From: Halalkalibacterium halodurans
Lineage (GTDB): Bacteria > Bacillota > Bacilli > Bacillales > Bacillaceae_D
Length of the DNA stretch: 27,403 bases
Direction of reading: 5' to 3'
Assembly: GCF_004376175.1 (NCBI RefSeq)
Contig: NZ_SNUY01000030.1
Location: 18,236-45,638 of the forward strand
The notes under the pieces were generated by a model that saw only the letters and a program-made list of their open reading frames with translations, was not told the origin of the DNA and searched no databases. Below, in pieces: positions 17,282 through 27,007 of the stretch; position 1 is the first letter of the stretch; each line of letters begins with the position of its first letter. A program made the position numbers and the translations under genes.

Positions 17282-18613
17282 ATGGATTCTGTGCTCCTTG
17301 CTCGAATGCTGTTTGGCTCTTCTATGGCTTTTCATATTATTTTTGCCACCCTTGGGGTAGGTATCACCTTTATGATTTTATTAGCTGAGCTCATGCGCTG
17401 GCTTCGGAAAGACGAAGACTACGGGCTAATGGCCAAGCGCTGGACGAAAGGAGTCGCCATTTTGCTTGGAGTTGCAATTCCATCCGGTACGATTGTCGGC
17501 GTCATGTTGTCTTTATTATGGCCAGGCTTTATGGAAATTGTCGGACAGGTGATCGCTCTTCCGTTCCAAATTGAAATCTTTGCATTCTTTCTCGAAGCAT
17601 TGTTTCTTTCCATTTATGTTTACGCCGCTGATCGTCTGACTCCTGCGCTTCGCCTGGTCAGTGTTTTTTTTGTTGCCCTTGGAGCGACTGCCTCGGCCGT
17701 CCTTATTACGGATGCTCACGCATGGATGAACACCCCACGAGGTTTTACGATAGTCGACGGTGCTGTGACGAATGTCAGACCTTTAGAGGCTGTCTTCAAC
17801 CCAAGCATCTATGTTACGGCCATGCATGTCGTCGGAACGGCCTATATGACCGGGGCATTTGTCATCGCCTCTGTTGCGGCATATAAGCTGTTCCGTGGCA
17901 ATCTGTCTGAACGAGAAGCTTCCTATCACCGAAAAGGAATGATGTTTGCCCTTGCCATCGGCTTGATCATGTCGATCTATACGGCAATCAACGGGCATGA
18001 TACGGCGAAGATGTTACATCAATACCTCCCCGTTAAACTTGCTGCCGCTGAAGGATTGTTTGAAACACAGGACAATGCACCACTCGCCATATTCGGTACA
18101 CCCGACCCGGAAGCTGGAAGGGTGATAGGAGGGCTTGAAATTCCCGGAATGCTCAGTTGGCTTGCCACTGGAACGACTGATGGCGTCGTAAAAGGATTAT
18201 ACGATTACCCACGAAACGAGTGGCCCCCATTATTTGTCCATACGTTGTTTAACATGATGGTCGGGATTGGATTTAGTTTAATCGGGTTAGCTGTCGCCTG
18301 TTGGGGCTTTTGGTTCTTTTTCAAAAGGAAGCCGTTTCCGAAATGGCTATTAGCTGGTCTGATTGCCTCTGGGCCTCTCGCAATGATCGGGATTGAAACC
18401 GGATGGATTTTTAGCTGCACAGGCCGTCAGCCATGGACCATTTACGGCATTCAACTAACATCAGAAGCGGCAACACAATCAGGAAATTTAGGGTTTCTCT
18501 TCATCCTCTTTATAACCCTTTATGCCGTGTTGCTCGTCATTACTGCTCTCGTCATGCGTTTTTACTTTCACCGCAATCCTGTGTCAAACGAGTGGATGTC
18601 GTCTACCACGTAA
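17282..18613 (+). CDS. cydA: cytochrome bd-type quinol oxidase subunit I (short, YthA-like)
   Basis: 443 aa, polytopic. The CydA-family N-terminus is present (ARMLFGSSMAFHIIFATLGVG) along with the GWIFSCTGRQPW motif. Confidence 0.9.
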   Translation: MDSVLLARMLFGSSMAFHIIFATLGVGITFMILLAELMRWLRKDEDYGLMAKRWTKGVAILLGVAIPSGTIVGVMLSLLWPGFMEIVGQVIALPFQIEIFAFFLEALFLSIYVYAADRLTPALRLVSVFFVALGATASAVLITDAHAWMNTPRGFTIVDGAVTNVRPLEAVFNPSIYVTAMHVVGTAYMTGAFVIASVAAYKLFRGNLSEREASYHRKGMMFALAIGLIMSIYTAINGHDTAKMLHQYLPVKLAAAEGLFETQDNAPLAIFGTPDPEAGRVIGGLEIPGMLSWLATGTTDGVVKGLYDYPRNEWPPLFVHTLFNMMVGIGFSLIGLAVACWGFWFFFKRKPFPKWLLAGLIASGPLAMIGIETGWIFSCTGRQPWTIYGIQLTSEAATQSGNLGFLFILFITLYAVLLVITALVMRFYFHRNPVSNEWMSSTT

Positions 18614-18628
18614 GGAGAGGTGCTGTTC

Positions 18629-19669
18629 ATGAATGAAGTGTATATCGCGATCATCATTATTTGGTCGTTTCTGTTCATCTATTCCATTGCTGGCTCCATC
18701 GATTTTGGTGCTGGTTTTTGGGCTATGTTTTATTTAAAGCGGCAGGAAACGAAAGCTGCCAGTATTGCGAACCGGTACTTATCACCGTCGTGGGAAGTGA
18801 CGAATGTTTTCCTCGTGTTGCTCGTCATTGCCCTTGTTGGCTTTTTTCCTGGGGCTGCCGCTTCTCTCGGCACCTTAATGATTGTTCCGTTTTGCCTCGT
18901 GCTGTTTTTGCTCATTATTCGCAGCGCGTTTATGGTCTACTCGTATTCCGTGCAAAAATATTCGAATATGCTCATCGTCATCTCAGGGATCACTGGCCTC
19001 CTCATTCCTGCCTTGCTCATTAGCATTTTACCTGCTGCCATTGGGGGCTTTATTGAAACGGTGGGTGATCGGCAATATATCTTATTGAATCAACTCTTTA
19101 CAAGTCCTACGTTTTATACTCATATTGGATTTGGATTAAGCACAGAATTGTTCCTCTCGGCGCTCCTTTTAAGTGATTATGCCCGTGAAGCACAAATTGA
19201 GTCGACATTTTCCGTCTACCGCCGGAACGCAATCGTCCTTGGACCGATCACCCTCGCCTTTGCTGTTGCAGCGATTTTTACCCTTCTGCCCGAAGCAGCG
19301 TGGATGGTAGAAAACATGGTGAACGAGTGGCTATTATTTTCCCTATCCTTGTTTGCATTTGCCATTGGCTATAGCGCTCTTTGGTGGCCGTCGAAAAAGG
19401 GGGAGATTGGCCAACCGCGGGTCGCAGTCTTATTGATCGTTGCCCAGTTTGGTCTCGCTAGCTTTGCCTACGGGTCGGCTCACATGCCATACTTGCTCTA
19501 CCCTCATTTAACGATTTATGATGCGTTTACGAACGAAACGATGTTCTACTCTCTATTTATCGGCTATTTAATCGGTATGGCGTTACTCATACCTGCCTTC
19601 ATTTTATTTTGGTGGCTGTTTATGAAAGACAAACGCTATTTGCGAAAGGATTTGACAACGGACGAATAG
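18629..19669 (+). CDS. cydB: cytochrome bd-type quinol oxidase subunit II (YthB-like)
   Basis: It lies immediately downstream of subunit I. It is polytopic with the motif GSIDFGAGFW. The ATG at 18629 comes after AAGGAGAGG. Confidence 0.85.
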   Translation: MNEVYIAIIIIWSFLFIYSIAGSIDFGAGFWAMFYLKRQETKAASIANRYLSPSWEVTNVFLVLLVIALVGFFPGAAASLGTLMIVPFCLVLFLLIIRSAFMVYSYSVQKYSNMLIVISGITGLLIPALLISILPAAIGGFIETVGDRQYILLNQLFTSPTFYTHIGFGLSTELFLSALLLSDYAREAQIESTFSVYRRNAIVLGPITLAFAVAAIFTLLPEAAWMVENMVNEWLLFSLSLFAFAIGYSALWWPSKKGEIGQPRVAVLLIVAQFGLASFAYGSAHMPYLLYPHLTIYDAFTNETMFYSLFIGYLIGMALLIPAFILFWWLFMKDKRYLRKDLTTDE

Positions 19670-19670
19670 C

Positions 19671-19702
19671 AAAAGCTGTCGGGCCATCCCAACAGCTTTT
19701 TT
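19671..19702. terminator. bidirectional terminator between the bd oxidase operon and the convergent MCP gene
   Basis: AAAAGCTGT - 12 nt - ACAGCTTTTTT. Confidence 0.8.
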
Positions 19703-19748
19703 AAATAGTCAAAAACGCAACGTTATTTCGTTTAAGCCGTATTAAAAA

Positions 19749-21431
19749 TCATAGCTTAAATTGCTTAATCGCTTCCTGTAATGTTTCAGCCATTTCCGTT
19801 AGTTGGTTCGCAGACGCGGTAACCTCCTGCATGGAGGCCAACGTCTCTTCAGCGACTGCACTGACGGATGAGGATTGCTCCGCTGATTCTTCCGCAACGG
19901 ACGCCATGTTTTGCACGGATGTCGCTACCTCAGTAGACTTTTCAGCAACCTCCCGCGTGACACGATTCATCGCTTCTACCTGACTCGTTACTCCTTGGAT
20001 GGAAGCAACAATGGAGTGGAATTTCTCCGATGTTTGCGCAGCTGTCTTTAACCCAACGGACACTTCTTCTTTTACTAGCCCCATTTTCTCAACAGAATTG
20101 TTCGTTTCTTTTACCATTTCATCGATAAGATCATGAATTTTCTTTGTCGATTGAGAAGACTCCTCTGCAAGCTTTCGGACTTCTTCTGCTACAACGGCAA
20201 ACCCTTTTCCATGCTCCCCTGCCCGGGCCGCTTCAATGGCAGCATTTAAAGCAAGTAAATTCGTTTGCTCGGCAATGGATTGAATCACATCAAGGATTTC
20301 AACGATATCTTCCGAGCGTTTCGATAGGGTTTGAATCGCTTGGTCAGAGCCTTTAACTGATTCATCAATGGACTGCATATTTTCAACGGTTTCTTTTACG
20401 AGCGTATCCCCTTCATTCGCATAAGTAAGGGTCAAATTCGCGTTGCTTTCGATCTGCTTCGCCCCATCCGTCATCTCTGTCACAATTTGATTCATTTCTT
20501 CTAACGTCTTTACGCTAGTTTGTGCAGCACTTGTCTGCATATCGGCGCCACGGGAAATGGATTCAATCGCACTAGTCGTCTGTTCTGTCGCACTAGATGT
20601 TTGCTCCGCACTCGCTGAAAGCTGCTCTGATGAAACAGCCACTTGATCTGCATTTTGTAAAATACGTTGAATTAATCCGCGTAAGTTCTCTTTCATTGCT
20701 TCGAATGATTCATTTAATTGTCCGATTTCATCGCGATTTTTAATCTTTACCCGTTCCGTCGTTAAATCCCCATCGGCGACAAGCCGCGCCACTTTCGTCA
20801 GTCTTGCCAGCGGTTTTGTTATCATTTTTGATGTGATAAATGCAAGGACAATCGCTAAAACAAAAGCAACTATACTGACGGCCACGACAACGGCAAACGC
20901 AATGTTCGCAGTCGTATTCGCCTGAGTTTCAGCCTCTTGAATAATGTCTTCCATTGCCATTACAAATTGACTTGCCTGACTGTTAATCACGGTACCTAGT
21001 GGAACGACCTCACTGTTCGCTTGTTCTATTGCACCTTCTGGGTCAAGCCTATATTTACTAACAACGTCGTTGGCTGAATCGACCATGGAGCGGTTATTCT
21101 CACGAATGAGCTCAACCGTTTCTAGATATTCCTCGTCAGAAAGAAGTAGCTCGATTTCTTCAATGTACCGATTCACCTCTTGGTTCGCCTGATAAAATCG
21201 ATCGAGTAGCTCCCTTTCTCCTGAGAGCAAGTATCCTCGTAAATGGTTGCTTTGCTGACTGACTGACGATTCAATTTGCAGAGCGGCTGCACGTGCTCCC
21301 TCTACTTCTCCAATAATCGTGGTGTATGTATCGTTCACTTTGTATAACGAATAGAGGGAAACACCGCTTGCTACACCATACAACAATGCCACAATAATAA
21401 ATGAACTAATAATCTTTCTTCCTACAGACAC
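19749..21431 (-). CDS. methyl-accepting chemotaxis protein (4-helix-bundle sensor, HAMP, MA signalling domain)
   Basis: 560 aa with two TM segments flanking a periplasmic-type helical sensor and a HAMP region. The conserved signalling hairpin reads [36 protein letters not shown]. The GTG start follows GGAAGGGG. Confidence 0.9.
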   Translation of the reverse strand: MSVGRKIISSFIIVALLYGVASGVSLYSLYKVNDTYTTIIGEVEGARAAALQIESSVSQQSNHLRGYLLSGERELLDRFYQANQEVNRYIEEIELLLSDEEYLETVELIRENNRSMVDSANDVVSKYRLDPEGAIEQANSEVVPLGTVINSQASQFVMAMEDIIQEAETQANTTANIAFAVVVAVSIVAFVLAIVLAFITSKMITKPLARLTKVARLVADGDLTTERVKIKNRDEIGQLNESFEAMKENLRGLIQRILQNADQVAVSSEQLSASAEQTSSATEQTTSAIESISRGADMQTSAAQTSVKTLEEMNQIVTEMTDGAKQIESNANLTLTYANEGDTLVKETVENMQSIDESVKGSDQAIQTLSKRSEDIVEILDVIQSIAEQTNLLALNAAIEAARAGEHGKGFAVVAEEVRKLAEESSQSTKKIHDLIDEMVKETNNSVEKMGLVKEEVSVGLKTAAQTSEKFHSIVASIQGVTSQVEAMNRVTREVAEKSTEVATSVQNMASVAEESAEQSSSVSAVAEETLASMQEVTASANQLTEMAETLQEAIKQFKL

Positions 21432-21686
21432 TGAAAAGCCCCTTCCTATTTTATTTGCACAGATAAACAGAACATAAGAACTAGTACTTTAACCCTACAT
21501 TAAAAATAATATCACAAAAATAAGCAAAATAGTTTGTATTCTTGTAAAATGTGCAAATCTTTCTTTGTTTCGTAAATGTTCACTCGATTCATGCTTATCA
21601 TGATTCCTTTCTCTTACATGTTAAACAGGCTTGTCGTCAAGTCTATTAGCGGAAGCTTTTGTATTATCCTCTACGAAAGTTTTTAA

Positions 21687-21718
21687 AGGAAAAACCCGAT
21701 GGATTTCACCACCGGGTT
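21687..21718 (-). terminator. intrinsic terminator downstream of the LLM oxidoreductase gene
   Basis: The minus strand reads AACCCGGTGG-tgaaat-CCATCGGGTT followed by TTTTT. Confidence 0.75.
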
Positions 21719-21728
21719 CGAGATTTCG

Positions 21729-22736
21729 TCAATGGACGTTTACATTCCATTCTTCCCCTAATAGTTCATATGATCTAATCCGATCTTCAAAGCGATGGGT
21801 AATCGTGACAACGATAACCTCCTCTGTCTCATAAGCCCTCGCTAGCTCCACCAATTGTTGCCGAACAGCTTTTGGTGAGCCGACAATCATCCGTTTCCGA
21901 TTTTCCCGTATGCGTGCCCGTTCAAATGGACTATACGGATAGGAAAGGGCGCTTTCGATGGAAGGTGTTCCTTTTGATAGCTGCCCATTTTCAAGCATGA
22001 TTAACGAAAGGTCTAAACTGGAAGCAATCTGATCTGCTTGTTCATCCGTATCTGCGCAAATGACAAAGATCGCGACACTCGTCTGTGGTCTGTCAAACAA
22101 AGCAGATGGCTGAAAAGTCTCGCGATACGACTCAACCGCTTGCACGCCTCCTTCTCCGTTAATGAAGTGAGCAAACGCAAAGCCTGTACCATTTTCCGCA
22201 GCTACATTGGCACTTCCTCCACTCGAACCGAGCAGCCAAACGTCAGGTACTGTATCGATAAGTGGGGTCGCTTTTAAGCCATGAAAACGATGATCCGTTG
22301 GCAAATCATCCTGCAAGTACCCAATTACATCTTTCACTTGAAGAGGGTATTTATGAATATTTTGCTCTTTCCCTTCTTGTAATGCCATTTTCGCAATTGG
22401 CATCCCTCCTGGGGCTCTACCAAGCCCTACGTCAATTCTCCCAGGATGTAGCGCTTCTAATAGCTTGAAGTTCTCAGCAACTTTATACGCACTATAATGG
22501 GGAAGCATCACACCGCCAGACCCGAGACGAATCTTTTTCGTATGGGCGGCTAGGTGTGCTATTAATACTTCTGGACTTGATCCAGCAAGGGTCGATGCAT
22601 CGTGATGTTCTGATACCCAGAATCGATGGTATCCTAGAGCTTCGGTCACTTTTGCTAGCTCCGTTGTCTGCCTAAGAGCTTCTTTTGCATTGCTGCCGTA
22701 AGCAATCGGTGACTGGTCTAACACACTTAATTTCAA
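21729..22736 (-). CDS. LLM-class (luciferase-like) flavin-dependent oxidoreductase
   Basis: 335 aa with the typical N-terminus MKLSVLDQSP...YHRFWVSEHH and a TIM-barrel LLM pattern. The TTG start lies 6 nt after GGAGGG. Confidence 0.85.
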   Translation of the reverse strand: MKLSVLDQSPIAYGSNAKEALRQTTELAKVTEALGYHRFWVSEHHDASTLAGSSPEVLIAHLAAHTKKIRLGSGGVMLPHYSAYKVAENFKLLEALHPGRIDVGLGRAPGGMPIAKMALQEGKEQNIHKYPLQVKDVIGYLQDDLPTDHRFHGLKATPLIDTVPDVWLLGSSGGSANVAAENGTGFAFAHFINGEGGVQAVESYRETFQPSALFDRPQTSVAIFVICADTDEQADQIASSLDLSLIMLENGQLSKGTPSIESALSYPYSPFERARIRENRKRMIVGSPKAVRQQLVELARAYETEEVIVVTITHRFEDRIRSYELLGEEWNVNVH

Positions 22737-22960
22737 TTAAATCCCTCCATTCCGCTCACTACCCATTATTCAATCGTTTCGCTTACCTGTCTATTTTTCT
22801 GCTCACGGTTCTTTTGAAAATAAGAACGAAAACGACACATGTTCTCATCCCTCATGGTAAAAGCTAGATAACGACACTTTGACCGATGCACAAGCTGCCA
22901 GCTACATATCATTAGTCGCTCTTCCTTTTGATCCTATACTACTAGAAGGGAGTCGTTTTT

Positions 22961-24295
22961 ATGAAACATCGCGTACATGTAACCGTCTTACTTTTTGTTA
23001 TGATTGTGCTTATCTTGCCAGCGGAAACCGTGTTTGCTTCTTTTGTTCAGGAGGGAACAATCACACCTGACAGCGAACAAGTTAAAAACATTATTTATAT
23101 GATCCCCGATGGGTACTCGGCTAGTTATGCTACCAATTATCGTATTTATAAAGGCGAGGAGGAGCCGATCTGGGACCCCCATCTTGTCGGGATGGTAAAA
23201 ACTCATTCGGCTGACAGTTGGGTCACCGATTCGGCTGCCGCCGGAACTGCGCTGGCGACAGGTACAAAAACGAGCAACGGAACGATCGGTATGTCCACTG
23301 AAGGAGAAGAGCTTGAGTCCATTTTACAAGCTGCTGGAAAACATAAAAAAGGGACAGGAATCGTCGTTACGACTCGACTTACCCATGCGACACCAGCCGC
23401 CTTCGTAGCAAGTGTTCCATTAAGAATCGATGAAGCGAAGATTGCGCCGCAAATGATCGGACAGGTGGATGTGTTACTAGGGGGCGGGAAAAAAATGTTT
23501 GTTCCCGAAGCAGAAGGAGGAATGCAAAATAGCCGGCATCTACTAAATGAAGCGGAGGACGCGGGTTATGCGTTGATCGAAACAAAGGAAGAACTGCAAA
23601 ATGTAAATTCAGCAAAGGTTCTCGGCCTATTTTCCGAGGGAGCCTTGGCACCAGAGCTGGATCGACAAGGGACACAAGAGCCGAGCTTAGCAGAAATGAC
23701 AGAAGCTGCGCTCCACACGTTAAAACAAAATCCGAACGGCTTCTTCTTAATGGTTGAAGGAAGCCAAATTGATTGGGCTGGTCATGACAATGATGCTGCG
23801 TGGGCCATGAAGGATATTGAAGCGTTTGAAGAAGCGGTGAGCGTCGCGTTTGATTTTGCGGAGAAGGACGGGAATACCCTCGTCGTTGTCGTAGGCGACC
23901 ATGATACGGGTGGACTTTCCGTAGGTGCATATGGACAGTACAAAGCAAAACCCGATATGCTCAAACAAGTAAAAGCAACTGGGAAATTTATTGCCAGTCA
24001 AGTGAACAAACGCCGGACCAACCTAGCTGACGTTATGAAAACATACACTGGGTTTGAGCTAACAAAAAAAGAGCTCAAACAAATTAAAAAGGCGGATCAC
24101 TTAACGAATGCCATTAATCAAGTCATTAGCAGACGTGCGTTGATAGGATGGACGACCCTTGTTCACACGGGAACGGATATTCCTATTTATGCGTTCGGGC
24201 CTTGCTCTGATCGGCTTCATGGATTGTTAGACAACACAGAAATACCACTCATCCTCGCAGATGTGATGGATCTTGAGTGGGAAAAAGCGAGCTAA
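22961..24295 (+). CDS. phoA: alkaline phosphatase (PhoA/PhoB family), secreted
   Basis: It has a signal peptide, the active-site motif DSAAAGTALATG and the metal-ligand regions EGSQIDWAGHDND and GDHDTGG. Confidence 0.9.
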   Translation: MKHRVHVTVLLFVMIVLILPAETVFASFVQEGTITPDSEQVKNIIYMIPDGYSASYATNYRIYKGEEEPIWDPHLVGMVKTHSADSWVTDSAAAGTALATGTKTSNGTIGMSTEGEELESILQAAGKHKKGTGIVVTTRLTHATPAAFVASVPLRIDEAKIAPQMIGQVDVLLGGGKKMFVPEAEGGMQNSRHLLNEAEDAGYALIETKEELQNVNSAKVLGLFSEGALAPELDRQGTQEPSLAEMTEAALHTLKQNPNGFFLMVEGSQIDWAGHDNDAAWAMKDIEAFEEAVSVAFDFAEKDGNTLVVVVGDHDTGGLSVGAYGQYKAKPDMLKQVKATGKFIASQVNKRRTNLADVMKTYTGFELTKKELKQIKKADHLTNAINQVISRRALIGWTTLVHTGTDIPIYAFGPCSDRLHGLLDNTEIPLILADVMDLEWEKAS

Positions 24296-24299
24296 CACG

Positions 24300-24340
24300 G
24301 CAAAAGGCTGTTCACCTACTAACGGTAAACAGCCTTTTGC
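24300..24340. terminator. bidirectional terminator between phoA and treR
   Basis: GCAAAAGGCTGTT - 15 nt - AACAGCCTTTTGC. This is a 13-bp inverted repeat with U-rich 3' sides on both strands. Confidence 0.75.
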
Positions 24341-24347
24341 TCTATCA

Positions 24348-25061
24348 TTAACGATTCCTTCGGGCAAAATCAACAAAACGAAATTTGTCGGGCCGATGCC
24401 TGGACTCTGTATACTCGAACAAGACGGCATTGTCCAAATAGACATAGTTACGGACGACGACCACTAAATCATAGTTTTGCAAATCAAGATACTGTTTGTC
24501 TTCCTCTGTTGCCTCAGTGACAAACATTTCCTTTTTCGCAAAACTAATCGTCAATCCGAGGGTTTTCTCCACATATTCATAAATGGAATCCTGGCAGATT
24601 TCTTTTGTTAAATTTGGAACATATTCCTCGAGAAAATAATCTTTATCTAAAATGATTGATTCTCCGCTTATTTTTCGTGCTCTCACTACAGCCCAGAGCG
24701 GTTCCTCAGCATCACAGCCCAACTGTTTTTGCAAAAAATCATTGGCTGAGATTTTCTGTAATGAATGGACTGTTGTGACGACATCATCCCCTAGTTTATG
24801 GGCCAATTCTTTAAAGCTAACAAGCCCCGAGACAGGAAAGTCAAACGTAGACCGATCAAGGACAATCGAGCCTTTCCCGCGAATTTTTTGAATATATCCG
24901 TGTTCTGATAATAGTTTAAGCGCTTTGCGAATCGTTTCTCGTGACGTGGCAAACAGCTCCGTTAATTCATGTTCGGAAGGGAGTTTCTCTCCCGGCAAAC
25001 GTTTACCATCATCAATTTCTTTCGCTAACTGTTGATAAATCGTATCGTATTTATTAAGCAA
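24348..25061 (-). CDS. treR: trehalose operon repressor TreR (GntR/HutC family, UTRA effector domain)
   Basis: 237 aa. The N-terminal wHTH reads LPSEHELTELFATSRETIRKAL and a C-terminal UTRA-like domain follows. The gene lies directly downstream of treA and uses a TTG start after GGTGAGG. Confidence 0.85.
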   Translation of the reverse strand: MLNKYDTIYQQLAKEIDDGKRLPGEKLPSEHELTELFATSRETIRKALKLLSEHGYIQKIRGKGSIVLDRSTFDFPVSGLVSFKELAHKLGDDVVTTVHSLQKISANDFLQKQLGCDAEEPLWAVVRARKISGESIILDKDYFLEEYVPNLTKEICQDSIYEYVEKTLGLTISFAKKEMFVTEATEEDKQYLDLQNYDLVVVVRNYVYLDNAVLFEYTESRHRPDKFRFVDFARRNR

Positions 25062-25086
25062 AACGCCTCACCACCGCATTCGAGTT

Positions 25087-26766
25087 CTATTTCATATAAT
25101 AAACAACAGACTCATACGGACGCAAGATTAACTGCTGAAACTCACGAGAAGGGTCATGATAATTGGCCAGAAGGACATCAACCTGATGCTTCTCGGCCGT
25201 CACATCCTCTGGAACCTGAATCGTTACTTCTCCAGCAAAAAAATGATTGACGACGAGCAAGGTTTCGTCCTGATAGCGCCGAACATACGCAAACACACGC
25301 GGGTCCTCAGGTAAGAGTAATTCATAGTCCCCATACGTTACAATGTCATATGTCTTCCTAAGCTCAATCAGTTTTTTATAATGATAAAAGATCGATTGTT
25401 TATCCGCCAATGCCTTTTTCGCATTGATTGATCGATAGTTAGACGCCACATCAATCCATGGGGTTCCTGACGTGAACCCGGCATGTGGACTATCATCCCA
25501 TTGAACAGGTGTCCGAGAATTGTCACGGGATTTTCGTTTAATGATCTCCATGACCTCTTCTTCTGATAGTCCTTGTTCTTTTAAAATGTCATAATAGTTG
25601 AGCGTTTCTACATCACGGTACTGATCAATCCGATCAAATTTCGGATCGGTCATTCCAAACTCTTCTCCTTGATAAATATAAGGAGTTCCCTGCATCATGT
25701 GAATCGTTGTTGCTAACATTTTCGCCGATTTTTCATGGTACTTCCCGTCATTTCCGTAACGGCTCACGACTCGTGGTTGATCGTGATTACACCAAAACAG
25801 CGCGTTCCAACCGCCGCCTTTATGCATACCAACTTGCCACTTAGATAAAATTTCTTTCAGGGCAAAAAAGTCCATGTCACCGATCGCCCATTTTTCACCA
25901 TTCGGATAATCGACCTTCAAATGGTGAAAGTTAAACGTCATGCTCAGCTCTTTGTTTTCAGGTCTCGTATATTGAATACAATGCTCTAAAGTCGTTGATG
26001 ACATTTCTCCGACCGTCATCGCATCGTATTTCGAAAAGACTTTGCGATTCATCTCGTTCATAAATTCATGGGCACGTGGGCCATCCGTGTAAAAGCGTCT
26101 ACCGTCTCCCGGAGGAACAGAGCCGTCATCGTTTGGAAAGGCTTGATCCTTCGAAATGAGGTTAATAACATCAAGACGAAAGCCATCCACACCTTTTGTA
26201 AACCAAAAATCCATCATCTCATACACTCGGTTGCGTACTTCTTCATTTTCCCAGTTTAGATCAGCCTGCGATACGTCAAACAGATGCAAATAATACTGGT
26301 CTGTTTTCGAATCAAACTTCCAGGCGGAACCGCCAAATTTTGATTGCCAGTTGTTCGGTTCAAGACCATCCACCGGGTCTTTCCAAATGTAAAAATCACG
26401 GTACGGGTTATCCTTTGATTGTGCCGATTGTTTAAACCATTCGTGCTCTGTCGATGTATGATTAACGACGATATCCATAATTACCTTCATTTTTCGATCA
26501 TGAACCTCATTGAGCAATCGTTCAAAGTCTTCCATTGTCCCATATTCTGGATGAATCGAATAGTAGTCGCTAATATCGTAGCCGTTATCCTTTTGTGGTG
26601 AAGCATAAATCGGAGTCAGCCAGATGACATCAACTCCAAGTGTTTTCAAATAATCAAGCTTCTGAATTATGCCCTCCAAATCACCGACACCGTTCCCTGT
26701 CGTATCATTGAAGCTTTTCGGATAAATTTGATAAACAACTGCTTTCCTCCACCATTCTTGATACAT
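25087..26766 (-). CDS. treA: alpha,alpha-phosphotrehalase (trehalose-6-phosphate hydrolase), GH13
   Basis: 559 aa. The N-terminus WWRKAVVYQIYPKSFNDTTGNGVGDL and the GH13 regions DIVVNHTS, GFRLDVINLI, VGEM and FWCNHDQPR are present. It is very similar in pattern to B. subtilis TreA. Confidence 0.92.
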   Translation of the reverse strand: MYQEWWRKAVVYQIYPKSFNDTTGNGVGDLEGIIQKLDYLKTLGVDVIWLTPIYASPQKDNGYDISDYYSIHPEYGTMEDFERLLNEVHDRKMKVIMDIVVNHTSTEHEWFKQSAQSKDNPYRDFYIWKDPVDGLEPNNWQSKFGGSAWKFDSKTDQYYLHLFDVSQADLNWENEEVRNRVYEMMDFWFTKGVDGFRLDVINLISKDQAFPNDDGSVPPGDGRRFYTDGPRAHEFMNEMNRKVFSKYDAMTVGEMSSTTLEHCIQYTRPENKELSMTFNFHHLKVDYPNGEKWAIGDMDFFALKEILSKWQVGMHKGGGWNALFWCNHDQPRVVSRYGNDGKYHEKSAKMLATTIHMMQGTPYIYQGEEFGMTDPKFDRIDQYRDVETLNYYDILKEQGLSEEEVMEIIKRKSRDNSRTPVQWDDSPHAGFTSGTPWIDVASNYRSINAKKALADKQSIFYHYKKLIELRKTYDIVTYGDYELLLPEDPRVFAYVRRYQDETLLVVNHFFAGEVTIQVPEDVTAEKHQVDVLLANYHDPSREFQQLILRPYESVVYYMK

Positions 26767-26842
26767 ACTAGCATCCCTCCGCTACATCTCGTTGCTTTTT
26801 TATATTGTAAACAACATTGTTTTTCTCATCTCTATCCCTTTA

Positions 26843-26871
26843 AGTATAACTTGTATATACAAGTTGGTCAA
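26843..26871 (-). promoter_or_regulatory. sigma-A-type promoter of treA-treR
   Basis: The minus strand reads TTGACC (26866-26871), a 17-nt spacer, then TATACT (26843-26848). The -10 element lies about 77 nt upstream of the treA ATG. Confidence 0.65.
26849..26864. promoter_or_regulatory. candidate TreR (HutC-type) operator
   Basis: The perfect 16-bp palindrome ACTTGTATATACAAGT fills the promoter spacer. It contains the GT-N-TA-N-AC core typical of HutC-subfamily operators. Confidence 0.6.
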
Positions 26872-26955
26872 ACGCCGAAAAAACATCCCCTCAATAGTGA
26901 TCTTATATTCATCCACTCTTAGGTTATGGTATGAGTAAAATGTTTGTGGGAGAAG

Positions 26956-27007
26956 AAAAAACCTCCTCATCCAAGTAATGGAAATTTCCGTTACTTGGAT
27001 GAGGAGG
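26956..27007 (-). terminator. very strong minus-strand intrinsic terminator (46-nt near-perfect palindrome + U-run)
   Basis: CCTCCTCATCCAAGTAA (26962-26978) pairs perfectly with TTACTTGGATGAGGAGG (26991-27007). The loop itself contains GGAAATTTCC. A6 at 26956-26961 gives a U6 tail on the minus strand only. Confidence 0.7.

Noticed and set aside
18661-19023. 120-aa alternative-frame ORF within the cydB-like gene, and similar same-strand or antisense ORFs inside MATE, MFS, treA and fumarase
   Set aside because: All are nested in genes with clear family motifs and lack SD sequences. They are treated as frame shadows.
21512-21601. 29-codon minus-strand ORF (MISMNRVNIYETKKDLHILQEYKLFCLFL) upstream of the MCP gene
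   Set aside because: The SD-like AAAGGA is only 3 nt from the ATG. There is no terminator, and the ORF overlaps the likely MCP promoter region. Support is insufficient.
21709-21725. tRNA T-arm-like GGTTCGAG motif
   Set aside because: It is the descending arm of the LLM gene terminator. No acceptor, D or anticodon arms can be drawn around it.
22861-22960. Possible PhoP (Pho box) repeats upstream of the alkaline phosphatase gene
   Set aside because: The hexamers ACGACA, TGCACA and GCTACA resemble TT(A/T/C)ACA only partly. They are spaced 16 and 14 nt apart rather than the roughly 11-nt periodicity of B. subtilis Pho boxes. A TATACT -10 at 22935-22940 is plausible, but PhoP control cannot be claimed from this.
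23379-23948. 189-aa minus-strand ORF inside the alkaline phosphatase gene
   Set aside because: Its Arg/Pro/Leu-rich composition is typical of antisense translation of a real gene. The plus strand has unambiguous PhoA motifs.
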